From Candidatus Sumerlaeaceae bacterium (GTDB lineage Bacteria > Sumerlaeota > Sumerlaeia > Sumerlaeales > Sumerlaeaceae), in the NCBI GenBank assembly GCA_026418615.1, contig JAOAAY010000014.1:591-64590 (forward strand): a DNA stretch of 64,000 nt, written 5' to 3'. A model generated the notes under the pieces. The model saw nothing but the letters and a program-made list of their open reading frames with translations. It ran no database searches and was not told the origin of the DNA. Numbering within the stretch: position 1 is the stretch's first letter; every line of letters begins with the position of its first letter. The position numbers and the translations under genes were made by a program. Shown piece after piece: positions 48,446-59,607 of the stretch.

Positions 48446-50434
48446 CTATTCGAGATGCACTGGCACGGCTTCGAGGCCGCGCCGGGCCGCCTCCCAGCGG
48501 TTGAGCGAGTCGAGTGATGTTTGGGAGAAGACCATGACCCCGCTCGCCCGCTGGATGCAGGCCCTGACGGCTTCCTCGAAGACTTCGTCGGAGTTTAGGT
48601 TGGGCACATAGAGGCCCGGCACCAGTTTGACACTGTGCGCCGTGACACGCTGGGCCAACTCAATGCCGCCCTCGACCGTGTCGGTATCGGGCGCGCCGGC
48701 ACCTTTGCGCACCACGGGATAGTAAAGACCCGGGGAAAGATAATCCAACCACTGTGCATAACCCGTTGCGCGGTAACCCTTGGGTGCCCACGCGAAATCC
48801 CGGCGCGGATCGTAACTCTCGTGCGCCCAGTTCACGCCGACCTCCCAATAGACCGGGTACCAGCCGCCGACATAGGCTCCGAAGATGCGTCCGGGGTGGC
48901 GGCGTACGACAGCGCGGGCCTGCTCAAAGAAGTCACGAATAACTTTGGCGCGCCACAGGACCCAGCGATCGAAAAGCGGCCCCGTTGTCATGGACTCTTC
49001 TGTCAATGGATTGGCCGGAATGTAGATATCCTCCGGCCAGCGATTGACGCGCAGCCCCATGTCGCGCTCGAAGCGGCGGCGCGACAGGTCGCTGAAGTCC
49101 GTTTTGATGTTGTCGTAACGGCCGCGGTCGAGGATCACCCCATCCACCTCGTAGCGCGAAAGGATTTCGCCTATGATGGCCAGGTTGCGGCTTTGGACTT
49201 CCGGATGAACGGGATTAACATAGACAAGGGACCCTCCCGGATGTTGCGACTCAGGGAGGAGGACTTTTTCGGCCGTGATGGTGACGGGGGTGGTGTCGCT
49301 GATTGTTCCAAGCCATGCCGCGGCCGCGGGGTCCTCGGCCGCGATTACGGCCCCATTTAGGGGAATAGATAATCCGGTGTCGGGCAAGTCCGACTCATGC
49401 TGCAGTGGCGTCGTGATCCGGTCGTTTTCCACAACAGCAAACAGGGCGCGCGTGCGGCCCATCGTCGAGGTAGCCGTGACGATGGCGTCGGGCGCTACAT
49501 TCCGGCCGGAGCCGGATTCGAGGATGCGAGCCTCTTCGATCCGGGCGATGTGATCTGCGCCGGGGTTGAGGATGACAATTTCCAGACAGCGTGCGCCTGT
49601 TGCAGGTGCGTTCTCCAGCGGGAGCGAAACGCTCGTGAGCGAGTTGCCACGGAGGATGGCGACGGTGGTGCCATCGCAGGCCGCATCCAAGTCGCACACC
49701 GGGAAGCCCCGGGCAAAATGGAGGTCGAGGCGACTGAGCCGGACGGGCTCAGTCCATTGAAACCGCACGGAGTGGGTGGCGGTCGTGTTGGCCGAGACCC
49801 AACGGCTGGCCTGCTTGCCGATGACTCCGTCAGCCAGGCACGCCGGCGAATCCGCGGCGCAGACGCGCGCGCCGTAGGATCGGGTCAGGACGCTGAAACC
49901 GGCGGTGCCGCGGTCGTTGACCGTGGCGGCAAATGTGCTGACCGAATCGCCAAGTCGGATAGTCGCGAGCCGATCGTACACTACGGACTCCCAATCGGGA
50001 TGGCTATAGACTGGGCCAATGCGTCCGTGCGGCCCCTTGCCGCCCTCGGCAAAGAGATTAAGGCCTGCGTGAACCTGCAAGCCGCGCGCGTGGGCTTCCT
50101 CGATGACAACCCGGAGCAGATCGAAATCTGCCGGGTACGGCTTGCCCTTCCATGTGAGGGGACGCGAGGCCACCTCGCTGTCATAAAAGACATAGCCCAG
50201 CATGTTTTTCGTGTCGGGGACAACCACATTGAAGCCGGCGTCGCGGGCCTTATCGAGCAAGGCCGCGACTGCATCGCGCGAAGCCCACGAAGCGGGATCT
50301 GCTTCATTGTCGAGCCACAGCATTTTGACGGGCGAGGGGAGACGCCGCGGCCGCTGAGTTGTCGGTGCTGCCGCCGTGCCGCTTGCCCAGGCTAGCATCA
50401 AGGCAACGAGCGCGAATGCCGCACGGGATCTCAC
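48446..50434 (-). CDS. Secreted glycosyl hydrolase-like 10 (DUF187) protein with large inserted domain
   Basis: FDLLRVVIEEAHARGLQVHA, VNPVHPEV..YEVDGVILDRGRY; ~230 aa insertion between the barrel halves. Confidence 0.8.
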   Translation of the reverse strand: MRSRAAFALVALMLAWASGTAAAPTTQRPRRLPSPVKMLWLDNEADPASWASRDAVAALLDKARDAGFNVVVPDTKNMLGYVFYDSEVASRPLTWKGKPYPADFDLLRVVIEEAHARGLQVHAGLNLFAEGGKGPHGRIGPVYSHPDWESVVYDRLATIRLGDSVSTFAATVNDRGTAGFSVLTRSYGARVCAADSPACLADGVIGKQASRWVSANTTATHSVRFQWTEPVRLSRLDLHFARGFPVCDLDAACDGTTVAILRGNSLTSVSLPLENAPATGARCLEIVILNPGADHIARIEEARILESGSGRNVAPDAIVTATSTMGRTRALFAVVENDRITTPLQHESDLPDTGLSIPLNGAVIAAEDPAAAAWLGTISDTTPVTITAEKVLLPESQHPGGSLVYVNPVHPEVQSRNLAIIGEILSRYEVDGVILDRGRYDNIKTDFSDLSRRRFERDMGLRVNRWPEDIYIPANPLTEESMTTGPLFDRWVLWRAKVIRDFFEQARAVVRRHPGRIFGAYVGGWYPVYWEVGVNWAHESYDPRRDFAWAPKGYRATGYAQWLDYLSPGLYYPVVRKGAGAPDTDTVEGGIELAQRVTAHSVKLVPGLYVPNLNSDEVFEEAVRACIQRASGVMVFSQTSLDSLNRWEAARRGLEAVPVHLE

Positions 50435-53295
50435 GGGTTTCCGCTTTTTTCATGAAATGGACCACCGGCCTGCAGCCGGCTGAGCGTCGCGCGAGCCTTG
50501 CGCAACAACTCAAAGTCCTGCGCGCCCGAGTTAAGGTAGTCGCTCAGAAGTTGCGCCGCATAGGCTGGATCTTTGAGATCGTCTGCGGCAACGGCGGCCG
50601 CCTCGTAGATGGCCGCAAGAGCGCGGTCGTCGTCTGGATAGGTTCGGGCGAGGTTGAGCCAGGTTTCGATGGCCTTGCGGGGCTGGCCTTGGGTGCGCTC
50701 CACTTCGCCAATGTTGAAGGTTGCTGTGATCTCCGCCGCCATTCCTTCGAAGCGGGCCGCGGTCAGGCGGAACACCTCCAAGGCGCGCGGGAAATCGCGG
50801 CGGCTGTAGTGAAGTTGTCCCAATAGCAGGAAACTGTCCGGCAGCAGGGGATGATCGGGGAACCGCTTGGGGAATTCTTCAAGAAGAGCCTGCGCGCGGT
50901 CGTCGGCGCGAACTTGCATCATGAGTTTGGAGGCGCTGATGAAAAACTCCGGCAGACCGGGAATTTCCCGCGCAGCGAGTGACTGAAGGTATTCGACCAG
51001 TTGGGGGATGCGTTGTGTCTCGGTCGCGGATTTGAGCAGCGCGGCCAGAATGGCCGGCTGATTGTACGGCTGGCCGTACACACCGCTTTCAAGGAATTTC
51101 TTGTACACTACCTCCGCGTCGAGGGGCCGACCGGCGGCACTGAGCGCGGCTGCGTACCGGAACCACACATCAAAATCGCGGTTTTCAAGTTTCAGGGAAC
51201 GGACGAAGAAGGGGATCGAGTCGGCAGCAAAACCATTGTCGAAGAGGACGGTTGCTGCCATGGCTTGGATTTCGGCGCTGCTGGTATTGGCATCGGCCAG
51301 TTCGACGGCCACCTTCTTGGCTGTTTCCACCTCCCCCCGCATCTGGTAGAGCCGCATAAGGGCAGAGTAATTGTCGGGCACGCGCGGTTGCAGGGCGATC
51401 AGGCGCCGGTAGAGTTGTATGGCAATATCGGTTCCGGCGGTGCTGGTGCCCTGAATGCGGATCCGTTTGGCGTCTTTGCCTGTGCCGGCGGTCAGTTCAA
51501 CGGGAGTATCCGCGTACTGGGTGGCGAGTTCCGCGACAAACTTCACCATGGAAATATTATTCCAGTCGCGGTCGAGGTAGCGGGCATAGACCTTGATCTC
51601 GCGCGCGTGGTCTCCGGCAATGGAACACAGTCTTGCTTGAAGGAGCAGCAGGGGCCATTCGTCGCGCTCCTCGATGCGTTGGCTGATGAGCGTCCCCAGT
51701 TCCTCCAACAGTTCCTCGCCGCGCAGCCACCTGAGTACTTCGTCGCCCATGGCCTGAAGATCGCTGAATGAGGCTTTGGCGGCCAGTTCAGTCCAACGGT
51801 CCGCTATGGCTGCTGCGTCGCGCAGGCCGCAAACGGCGCGAATGCTCATCTCGCACAACCGTCGCCGCTCGTCGGGCGACAGTCGGTCAAGGGGCGTCGG
51901 CGCCAAGGTGCGGTGAGCCTCGTCGGGACGATTCAACGCGAGATATTGTTCGGCGAGCAGCAACCTCAGACCTGCTTGGGTGGGTTGTTCCGCGACAAGG
52001 ATGGCCAGCAGGCCTGCAGCCTCCTCGTGACGACCGGCCGAAGCGAGGGCGAGGGCGCGTTCTTGCGCGAGCACGGGAGTGAGAGAGGTGGTGGCGCTGG
52101 TGAGCAATTCGACGGCGAGGGCGTTGTCGCCCTCGCGTTGCGCCATCAAGGTGGCAAGCCAGATCTCAATGTCTGTCGCCTCGCCGGCGTTTATGCGTTG
52201 GGCGAGGCGGTTTTGCAGCGGATGAAAAATACGCTGGGCGACGGCCCGGTCCATGATGACTTCCGCGAGTCCCCGCGCGCGGTCGTAGTCTGTCTCGTTG
52301 ACGAGCACGGCGACCAGCATCTGGTTCACCTCGGACGGCTCGAGGCCGCGCAGTTTGAGGAACTCCTGCAGGATGGCGCGCTTTTCCCACGGACCGTAAT
52401 CCGCCTCAGCGCCGGCAATGAGGACCTCCCGAGCCTTGTCGTCTTGGCCGGTTGCGGCGTAGGCGCGGGCAAGCAGGATCGTGAGGGGAAAAACCAGCGG
52501 CTTGGACTGGCGCGAGCGCTCGATGACGCGGGTGGTGCGGTCGGCGTCGCCTGCCACAGTGGCGAGACGGGCCAAGGTCAGCCAGTAGTCCGAGGAGTCC
52601 GCTGCGGTTTTCTCATATTGGTCGAGCAGATCCCGCAATTTCTGCTCCATCCCGCGGCGCGAGTAAAAATGAGCCAATTGAACCACATATTTTCCGGGCA
52701 GTTCCGTATTGCGGATGGCCTGCCGGTAGAAATCCTCCGTTGCCTGATCCAATCCAAGGACGAGCGAAGTGCGGATTGCAGCATCGTAGGCAAACTCCGA
52801 TGTGGGATCCCGGCGCACCAGTTGGCAGGCGAGGAGGAAAGCCTCGCCGATCTGGTTTTGGCGCTCGAATTGGGCGAGTTGGTGGGCCTGAGCGGCGGTG
52901 CTCGAGTTGTCCACTTTCACGGGCAGGCCGGCCCGCCGTGCGGCGGCTTCAGATGTTTTGCGCGCGTGCTGTGGCACCGTCGTCTGTTCGACCGTGACGG
53001 GACGACTCGACTCCTCCTCGTGGGCGACCGTTCCAGTGGTGACCATGGTCTCGCCTGTTGAGGTTTCTCCTTCGACGGTCGAGGAGAGCATCTTGGTGGT
53101 TGGGGCCTCGTCGCGTTGAACTGGGTAGAAGTCTGGCGTGGTTCTCAGGCTGCCGGTGGTTGCTTCGAGCACCGAAGTGGTTGCCGGGGTGAGGCTGGCA
53201 CTGTCCTGAGGGCCGAGCGGCGGCTGCCCGTATAGCGCCGCTGCGGCGTGGCACAGACTGAGCAGCAGGGCGATTTGGGTGCGGCAGGCGCTCAC
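50431..53295 (-). CDS. Large secreted TPR protein
   Basis: GTG start overlapping the upstream stop; signal peptide; many TPRs including BamD/YfiO-type FPDHPL, YPDDD. Confidence 0.8.
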   Translation of the reverse strand: MSACRTQIALLLSLCHAAAALYGQPPLGPQDSASLTPATTSVLEATTGSLRTTPDFYPVQRDEAPTTKMLSSTVEGETSTGETMVTTGTVAHEEESSRPVTVEQTTVPQHARKTSEAAARRAGLPVKVDNSSTAAQAHQLAQFERQNQIGEAFLLACQLVRRDPTSEFAYDAAIRTSLVLGLDQATEDFYRQAIRNTELPGKYVVQLAHFYSRRGMEQKLRDLLDQYEKTAADSSDYWLTLARLATVAGDADRTTRVIERSRQSKPLVFPLTILLARAYAATGQDDKAREVLIAGAEADYGPWEKRAILQEFLKLRGLEPSEVNQMLVAVLVNETDYDRARGLAEVIMDRAVAQRIFHPLQNRLAQRINAGEATDIEIWLATLMAQREGDNALAVELLTSATTSLTPVLAQERALALASAGRHEEAAGLLAILVAEQPTQAGLRLLLAEQYLALNRPDEAHRTLAPTPLDRLSPDERRRLCEMSIRAVCGLRDAAAIADRWTELAAKASFSDLQAMGDEVLRWLRGEELLEELGTLISQRIEERDEWPLLLLQARLCSIAGDHAREIKVYARYLDRDWNNISMVKFVAELATQYADTPVELTAGTGKDAKRIRIQGTSTAGTDIAIQLYRRLIALQPRVPDNYSALMRLYQMRGEVETAKKVAVELADANTSSAEIQAMAATVLFDNGFAADSIPFFVRSLKLENRDFDVWFRYAAALSAAGRPLDAEVVYKKFLESGVYGQPYNQPAILAALLKSATETQRIPQLVEYLQSLAAREIPGLPEFFISASKLMMQVRADDRAQALLEEFPKRFPDHPLLPDSFLLLGQLHYSRRDFPRALEVFRLTAARFEGMAAEITATFNIGEVERTQGQPRKAIETWLNLARTYPDDDRALAAIYEAAAVAADDLKDPAYAAQLLSDYLNSGAQDFELLRKARATLSRLQAGGPFHEKSGNP

Positions 53296-54440
53296 GGTGT
53301 GGCCACCTGACGGATGAGTTCTTCGAGCGGGCGCCAGTAGTCGGGGGACCCGAACTCCTGTCTGATCCAAGCAGACGCGGTTTCCGCCCGTGCGCGGGCT
53401 TGCGCGGGGCTATTGAGGATTTCCACGAGCGCTTTGGCCAGAGCCTGCGCGTCGCCGGGCGGCACGAGCAAGCCCCGGCGGCCGCCATCGAGCATTTCGT
53501 AACAGTCACCCACGCTTGTCGCTACCACTGGGACGCCTGTCGCCATCGCCTCGAGCACAATGATGGGCCATGCTTCGTTGCGCGAAGCCGAAACGAAAAT
53601 GTCGGCACAAGCGAGCACATCCGCAACATCGTGCCGCAGGCCACCGAATGTGACACGGCCCCGCAGGGGCACAGCCTCGGCCATGAGCCGCAGGCGGCGA
53701 CAAAAGTCGGCATACTGCGGCCTCTCCGGTCCCAGCAACACAAAGCGCAAGGGTAGCGCAACGCGTTGGGCAACCTGCGTTGCAGCCTCGAGAAAAATGT
53801 CTGCCCCTTTGCGCGGAAAGGGGCCGTTGGCCATGATGACGGTCTCGCCGGGCTGAATACCAAGGGAGGCGGCTGTCTCGGCTTTTCGCCGCCACGGCCC
53901 GAAGGCCGCGGGGTCCACATGATTTCTCAGGACGAGCCGATAGGGTACCCGGCGGGCCGGGAAGCAGCGCTCGCCGGTAGCGGAGTCGTACATAATCCCG
54001 CGGCTCAGACGCTCGACAATAAACATCTTGGTGCGCGCGGCTCGGTCGGGTTGGTCCAGAACCTCATGGACGCGCCACAAAACCGGCACACCGGCCATGC
54101 GGGCCGACAGACCGGCGAAGACGGAGGCGGTGGTGTTGATGCACGCCACATGGAATCCCCCCGCACGCAGGCGGCGGGCGAGACGCCACATGTACCGCAG
54201 GCGCCTGCCCACCAGAATCGGCAGGGCCAGAGGGACGGCCTGTGTCAGGCTGATCTCCGGATTCGGTTCAACACTCCACGGGACACCCGCCCGCGAGGCC
54301 TCGTCGGCCAGATCGCCTGGCGATGGGAGGATGATCTCCGCCCAGAAGGCGTGAGGGTCAAGGTTGGCAGCGGCGTCCACCAACGCCCTGCCCGAGCCGG
54401 ACAGTTCGGCAAGATGGGCGATCATCGCCACCCGGATCAT
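53292..54440 (-). CDS. Glycosyltransferase family 4
   Basis: RKGADIF, SRNEAWPIIVLEAMATGVPVVATSVG. Confidence 0.92.
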   Translation of the reverse strand: MIRVAMIAHLAELSGSGRALVDAAANLDPHAFWAEIILPSPGDLADEASRAGVPWSVEPNPEISLTQAVPLALPILVGRRLRYMWRLARRLRAGGFHVACINTTASVFAGLSARMAGVPVLWRVHEVLDQPDRAARTKMFIVERLSRGIMYDSATGERCFPARRVPYRLVLRNHVDPAAFGPWRRKAETAASLGIQPGETVIMANGPFPRKGADIFLEAATQVAQRVALPLRFVLLGPERPQYADFCRRLRLMAEAVPLRGRVTFGGLRHDVADVLACADIFVSASRNEAWPIIVLEAMATGVPVVATSVGDCYEMLDGGRRGLLVPPGDAQALAKALVEILNSPAQARARAETASAWIRQEFGSPDYWRPLEELIRQVATP

Positions 54441-55876
54441 GCGTCAGCGCCGTCCGCAGGCGGCGGCTGGGCGCAGCCTTGAGGCAGCAGAATGCGCTCG
54501 TCGAGCAGCACAGCGAGGCCGATGAGCAGCCAGACACGGACATAGAGGAAGGTGTCTTGAATAATATTTGACGCAACCCAAAACACGCCCAAAGCGAGCA
54601 CCATACTGGCAAGGTTGAATGCAAAGCGGTCGTCAAGCCCGTCAGCCATGCGGCGTGTTCGCCAGGCCCGCCGAATGATCCATCCCATGAGCGTCAGGGT
54701 GAGTGCTGTTCCGACGATTCCTGTTTCGGACAGCAATTGGACGAAGCCGGCGTCGGGATAGCGATCGAACGCACCCTGATACTGCATGTTAAAGGTGGAG
54801 TAGTTGCGCGGAACATAGGCGCGCCAGCGGGCCGGGTAGGAGCCCAGACCGATACCCCATATGGGTTTGGTTCGGAACATCTCCATGCCGACGATGAACT
54901 GGTCGCGGCGCTCGATGAACGAGGAATCCCGGCGCAACGATCCGAATGTCATCAGGCGTTGGATTACCAGCGGGGCGGCCACGATTGCGGCAATGACGGC
55001 TGCCACGCCAACGATGGCCAGTAATGCGCGGCGGTCGCGATAGCGGAACAGTAAAGTGCACAAGACGACCATCAGCCCGATGAGAGCGAAGGTCTGACGA
55101 TTAAAGGTCAGGATGGCCACCCCGAGCACGGCCACGCCGAGGGCCAATGCGAGGTATCGGCGACTGCGAGTCCGCAATTCGCTGAACAACAGGAACGCGA
55201 ACGGGAAACAGTAGAGTAAGTTCCAGCCGTAAACGATGGCATTCTTGGCTGTGCCTTTGATGCGCGCTGCGTCGGTCCAGCGGCCGCCCGTGTAGGCCTG
55301 CAGGGCGTTTTTTTCGATGGCTTCATACACGCCGACCATGGCGGCAAGAAATGTCATGATGACGACGATCCAGGCAAAGGCCAGCACGGCGCGTTCGCTC
55401 GAGAGGGTGGAGGCGAGAGCCAGCGCCATAAAGAAGTAGATCACAACATAGCGGAAGTGCAGAAGTCCGCGCTCGGTGCTTTCGCCCGTGATGGCGCTGA
55501 TGGCAAAGAACAAGGCAAAGACGATGAGGAACGGAATGATGCGGGACTCGAGACGCACGGTCTTGCCGCGAGCCCAGTACACCGCCCACGACGCAAAGAA
55601 CAAGAGAGCCAACACTTGATTGGCCGACAGTGGCAAACCCGGCAGTCGGGTGTCGGCGAAGAACAACGCGCCAAAATACAGACAGAAAGGGACAAGCGGA
55701 TGGACCAGCCCCGCCGCCAGCACAGTCACGGCCCCCGCCGACAGGAGAAGTCCGGACGGCCCCAGTTCCCGAATCAATAGCAGGGTGGCTGCCAGCCAGA
55801 CCGCACCGACCGCGGCGGCCAGAGCGAAATGGCGTTTCGGGAGTAAGGATTGCTGCGCGAGTGTTGTTATAGACAT
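54437..55876 (-). CDS. O-antigen ligase/polymerase (Wzy_C) family protein
   Basis: Many TMs, R..GT..N, TFNR, PIWGIGLGSY, LSETGIVG. Confidence 0.85.
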   Translation of the reverse strand: MSITTLAQQSLLPKRHFALAAAVGAVWLAATLLLIRELGPSGLLLSAGAVTVLAAGLVHPLVPFCLYFGALFFADTRLPGLPLSANQVLALLFFASWAVYWARGKTVRLESRIIPFLIVFALFFAISAITGESTERGLLHFRYVVIYFFMALALASTLSSERAVLAFAWIVVIMTFLAAMVGVYEAIEKNALQAYTGGRWTDAARIKGTAKNAIVYGWNLLYCFPFAFLLFSELRTRSRRYLALALGVAVLGVAILTFNRQTFALIGLMVVLCTLLFRYRDRRALLAIVGVAAVIAAIVAAPLVIQRLMTFGSLRRDSSFIERRDQFIVGMEMFRTKPIWGIGLGSYPARWRAYVPRNYSTFNMQYQGAFDRYPDAGFVQLLSETGIVGTALTLTLMGWIIRRAWRTRRMADGLDDRFAFNLASMVLALGVFWVASNIIQDTFLYVRVWLLIGLAVLLDERILLPQGCAQPPPADGADA

Positions 55877-55977
55877 GGATTGTAATCCAATCGCGACCCA
55901 TGAAAGCCTATGGGCAGCACCATACGGCGTGTAAATTGGCCGTAAGAGTCGAACACTCGTCAAGGAAAGTGACGGTC

Positions 55978-57639
55978 ATGAAAACACTGTTTCGTTCCGC
56001 AATGCTTCTCGCCACCTGTTTAGGCCTTATCGCGCAGGCGTCTGCGGATGTCATTCACTTGCGCAATGGTCAGAAACAGGCGGGACTGATAATCGCCAAC
56101 GACCCGGCCCAGCCTACGGTGACCATCCGGACCAGCATGGGCGAACTGGCCATTCCCCGCTCGAAGGTGGCGCGGATCGAGGACGAGCCTGACGCGCTCG
56201 GCTACGGCCATATCGCTCAGGAATTCATCAATGCGGGCGATTACGAGCGCGCGGCGGCCGAACTGGCCGAAGGTCTGAAATTAGACAAAGATAATGCTGT
56301 CCTTCGGGAGAAGATGGCTGCCGTTGAGGCCGCCCGCGGGAAGGCGAAAGAGGCTGCCGCCCAGGAGGAGGCCCAGAACTTTGACAAAGTTCTGGCCGAT
56401 GCGCAGGCGCTGGCGAAGGAAAAGAAGTTTGATGAGGCTATCAGGCTTTTGCGTACGGTGGATCCTGCGGGCGATTCCGCACGAAGCGTGCCCTACCGTC
56501 AGGTGGCCTCGCAGATCTACACGGAGTGGGGCATATCGCGGGCGGATCATCAGGATCCGGCGGCCGCTGTGGATCATTTGCAGATGGCCCTGCGGCTTGA
56601 TCCAAAAAACGAAACGGCCCGCCGCCAACTCGTTCGGGTTTGGGAGGGCAACCCCGCCAAACTCGATGAGGTGATCGCCTTTTACAAGGACAGCACCAAA
56701 CCGGAGGACCGCCTGCGGCTGGCCGATGCCTACTTTAGGCAGAAAAACTATGAGCAGGCCCTGCCCATTTACCTCGAATATTTTGGCCAGCCGGGCACGG
56801 CGGATCAGGTGACTTACGATCGTATCCGCCTGATGTTTGACATGCTGCACCGCCAGTATGCGGATCAGGGCAACTACGCGCGCGCCCTCGAAGTGTACAA
56901 GCAGTTCCTTGAGTTTTCTCCAGAGGAAAGCCAGTCGCCTTTGGCCCGGTACGAGTACATGCTCAGGCGGTCGCAGACGGATCTGACCGATCTCAACGCT
57001 CGGGCCGAACTGGCCCGGTTTGCCGAGGAACGCGGCATGGCCGAAACGGCGCGCGAGGAGTACCGCAATATCTTGGCGGTGAATCCGCGGCATGAGGCAG
57101 CGCTAGCCGGTCTGAAACGGTTTGCGGATGCCGACGCTCAAGACCTGCGCGACTTCTTTGCGCAGGGCGAGTATCTGCTGGTGCGTCAGAAGGCTCGCGA
57201 CATCTCGGCCTCCTACAGCATGTTCCCGGACATTGTGAAGGAGGCCTCCGAACTCGATGCCAAGGCTGAGGTCGAGCAGCGCAAGGTGGCGAAAACCCAG
57301 CAGCAGCAAGCCGTGGCGCTGGCTCTGCGGGGTGATGACTATTACAATCAGGCCTTGGCGTATCTGTCGGCCTACACCAGTTCCGAGCGCGACCGGTCGG
57401 TACGGGTCTTCTCGCCGAAAATCGAGGCGGCGAAAAACCTGCAGCGCGCGCTCTTCTCGTGGCGGCAAGCCCTGCAAATCTCGCCGGATTTAGGCGCTCC
57501 GACCAGTTATGACCTTTACAACAAGATCGCCGATGCTCAGGCCAAATACATGGTGCTGACCAACCCCAATCCGCCCCGGTTGCCCTCGCGCGATTTGGAC
57601 CGCATGAGGCGCGGTGCCGACTCGAAAGGCAGCAAGTAG
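55978..57639 (+). CDS. Secreted TPR protein
   Basis: Signal peptide ASA-DVIHLRNG..G; TPR repeats ALRLDPKN. Confidence 0.8.
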   Translation: MKTLFRSAMLLATCLGLIAQASADVIHLRNGQKQAGLIIANDPAQPTVTIRTSMGELAIPRSKVARIEDEPDALGYGHIAQEFINAGDYERAAAELAEGLKLDKDNAVLREKMAAVEAARGKAKEAAAQEEAQNFDKVLADAQALAKEKKFDEAIRLLRTVDPAGDSARSVPYRQVASQIYTEWGISRADHQDPAAAVDHLQMALRLDPKNETARRQLVRVWEGNPAKLDEVIAFYKDSTKPEDRLRLADAYFRQKNYEQALPIYLEYFGQPGTADQVTYDRIRLMFDMLHRQYADQGNYARALEVYKQFLEFSPEESQSPLARYEYMLRRSQTDLTDLNARAELARFAEERGMAETAREEYRNILAVNPRHEAALAGLKRFADADAQDLRDFFAQGEYLLVRQKARDISASYSMFPDIVKEASELDAKAEVEQRKVAKTQQQQAVALALRGDDYYNQALAYLSAYTSSERDRSVRVFSPKIEAAKNLQRALFSWRQALQISPDLGAPTSYDLYNKIADAQAKYMVLTNPNPPRLPSRDLDRMRRGADSKGSK

Positions 57640-57663
57640 CCCGGGCGTCAGCACGGGCGCCTG

Positions 57664-59157
57664 TCAGGAGTCAATCTGCGCCCGTTGGAGTTTGCCGCTA
57701 AAGTCCACATAAATGCTTTTCCACTCGGTGAAGATGTCGAGCACCGTGTGGCAGGCTTCGCGGTGTCCGTTGCCGGTCGCCTTGACGCCGCCGAAGGGCA
57801 GTTGCACCTCGGCTCCAATCGTCGGTCCGTTGATATAGGTGATGCCGGCCTCGATGTCGCGCATGGCGCGGAAAGCGGCGTTCACATCCCGGGTGTAAAT
57901 GGATGAACTGAGGCCGTAGATGGTGCCGTTGAGGACCGTGATGGCTTCGTCGAGGTCGCGCACTTTGATGACGCTCAAGACCGGGCCAAAGATTTCTTCC
58001 TGAGCGATGCGCATGTGGGGCTGCACGCCGGTGAAGATGGTTGGCTCGAAAAACCAGCCTTTGGCGTGGTCGCCCGAGGTCAGCGCCTTGCCGCCGAGCG
58101 CCAGCGTCGCCTTGTCCTCTTCACGGCCGATGACGACATATTGCTCGACGGTCCGTCGCTGAGACTCGCTTACCAGCGGGCCCATCTGAGTCTGTTCATC
58201 AAGCCCGTTGCCCACCCGCAAGGTCTTGGCGCGCTCAATCAGCATGGCGACAAACTGGTCGTGCACCTTCTCGTGGACGATGAGCCGGCTGGTGGCGGTG
58301 CACCGCTGACCGGTCGTGCCGAAAGCGCCCCACAGGGCTCCCTCCAGAGCGAGATCAAGGTCTGCATCATCCATGACGATTTGCGCGTTTTTGCCTCCTA
58401 ATTCGAGGCTGATGCGTTTGAGCAGTTCGCCACCCCGGGCGGCGATCTTGCGTCCCACCTCGCTCGAACCTGTAAAAGAGATTACGGCCACATCGGGATG
58501 CTCGACGAGGGGGTTGCCGACGGCCGAGCCCGTGCCGCAGACGAGGTTGATGACCTTGGGCGGGACGCCGGCCTCGAGGAGAATTTCAACGAGTTTGACG
58601 GCTGTGGCCGGCGTGTCGGTGGCGGGTTTGAACACCACCGTGTTGCCGCACACGAGCGCCGGAAAAATTTTCCATGTCGGGATCGCCATGGGAAAGTTCC
58701 AAGGCGTGATCATGCCGCAAACGCCAACGGGCATGCGGACGCTCATGCCGAACTTGTTGGGAAACTCGCACGGAACCGTATCGCCAAACAGACGGCGTCC
58801 CTCGCCCGCGGCATAGTAGGCCGTATCAATGCCCTCCTGCACATCCCCGCGTGTCTCGGCAAGGATTTTGCCCATCTCGCGGGTCATCAGGCGGGCCAAT
58901 TCCTCTTTGCGTTCGGTCAGGATGTCGCCCGCGCGTTTGATAATCTCCGCGCGCTTGGGCGCCGGCACGAGCCGCCATGACGCGTAGGCCTCCTTGGCGG
59001 CCGCAACGGCCTCCTTGACCTCTTCCGGTCCGCCGGCGGGAAACACCCCGATGACATCGGAGGTGTCAGCGGGATTCATGTTTTCAAATGTGCCGTTGGT
59101 GCCGGTCTCGACCCATTTGCCAGCGATGAAATTGCGGTAAACACACTTTTCGGCCAT
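57664..59157 (-). CDS. Aldehyde dehydrogenase family protein
   Basis: [34 protein letters not shown]. Confidence 0.96.
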   Translation of the reverse strand: MAEKCVYRNFIAGKWVETGTNGTFENMNPADTSDVIGVFPAGGPEEVKEAVAAAKEAYASWRLVPAPKRAEIIKRAGDILTERKEELARLMTREMGKILAETRGDVQEGIDTAYYAAGEGRRLFGDTVPCEFPNKFGMSVRMPVGVCGMITPWNFPMAIPTWKIFPALVCGNTVVFKPATDTPATAVKLVEILLEAGVPPKVINLVCGTGSAVGNPLVEHPDVAVISFTGSSEVGRKIAARGGELLKRISLELGGKNAQIVMDDADLDLALEGALWGAFGTTGQRCTATSRLIVHEKVHDQFVAMLIERAKTLRVGNGLDEQTQMGPLVSESQRRTVEQYVVIGREEDKATLALGGKALTSGDHAKGWFFEPTIFTGVQPHMRIAQEEIFGPVLSVIKVRDLDEAITVLNGTIYGLSSSIYTRDVNAAFRAMRDIEAGITYINGPTIGAEVQLPFGGVKATGNGHREACHTVLDIFTEWKSIYVDFSGKLQRAQIDS

Positions 59158-59607
59158 ACTCCTGCTCCTCGTGCCCCCGTCGTGAGGTGGTCTGTTTGCG
59201 GCATGAATCGTCGCCGGCACCCCGCGGGCCTTTCAACCCGATTCTTGCGCCGGAGGGTGCTGGCATCCGCGGCGTCGGCCGCTGCCCAAGGCACCTTCGC
59301 TGCTACTGCTGAGTGCGGCTGCCGGTGTTTATACCGAGTTCGAACTGGGCCGCAGGACAGGCCTGTTTGACATAAGGCGACGCTTGTCGGCGGGGTTCCG
59401 CGAGTAGTGCCCGATCGGGTTCGTGGGGGAATGTTGCTAAATTTGGACGCGGCTGAAGGGGAGCGAGGCAATCAGGCGTCAGAGGCCGGCCCCGGGCGGC
59501 AGCCTCGGGTTAGGGCTTGCAGGCGCGGGCAGTACATGGTGGCTAATTGCTCGAGTTCGGGTCGGACATGGTACGCGCTTGAGCCAGAAGCGAGGGGAGA
59601 CAGCGAC

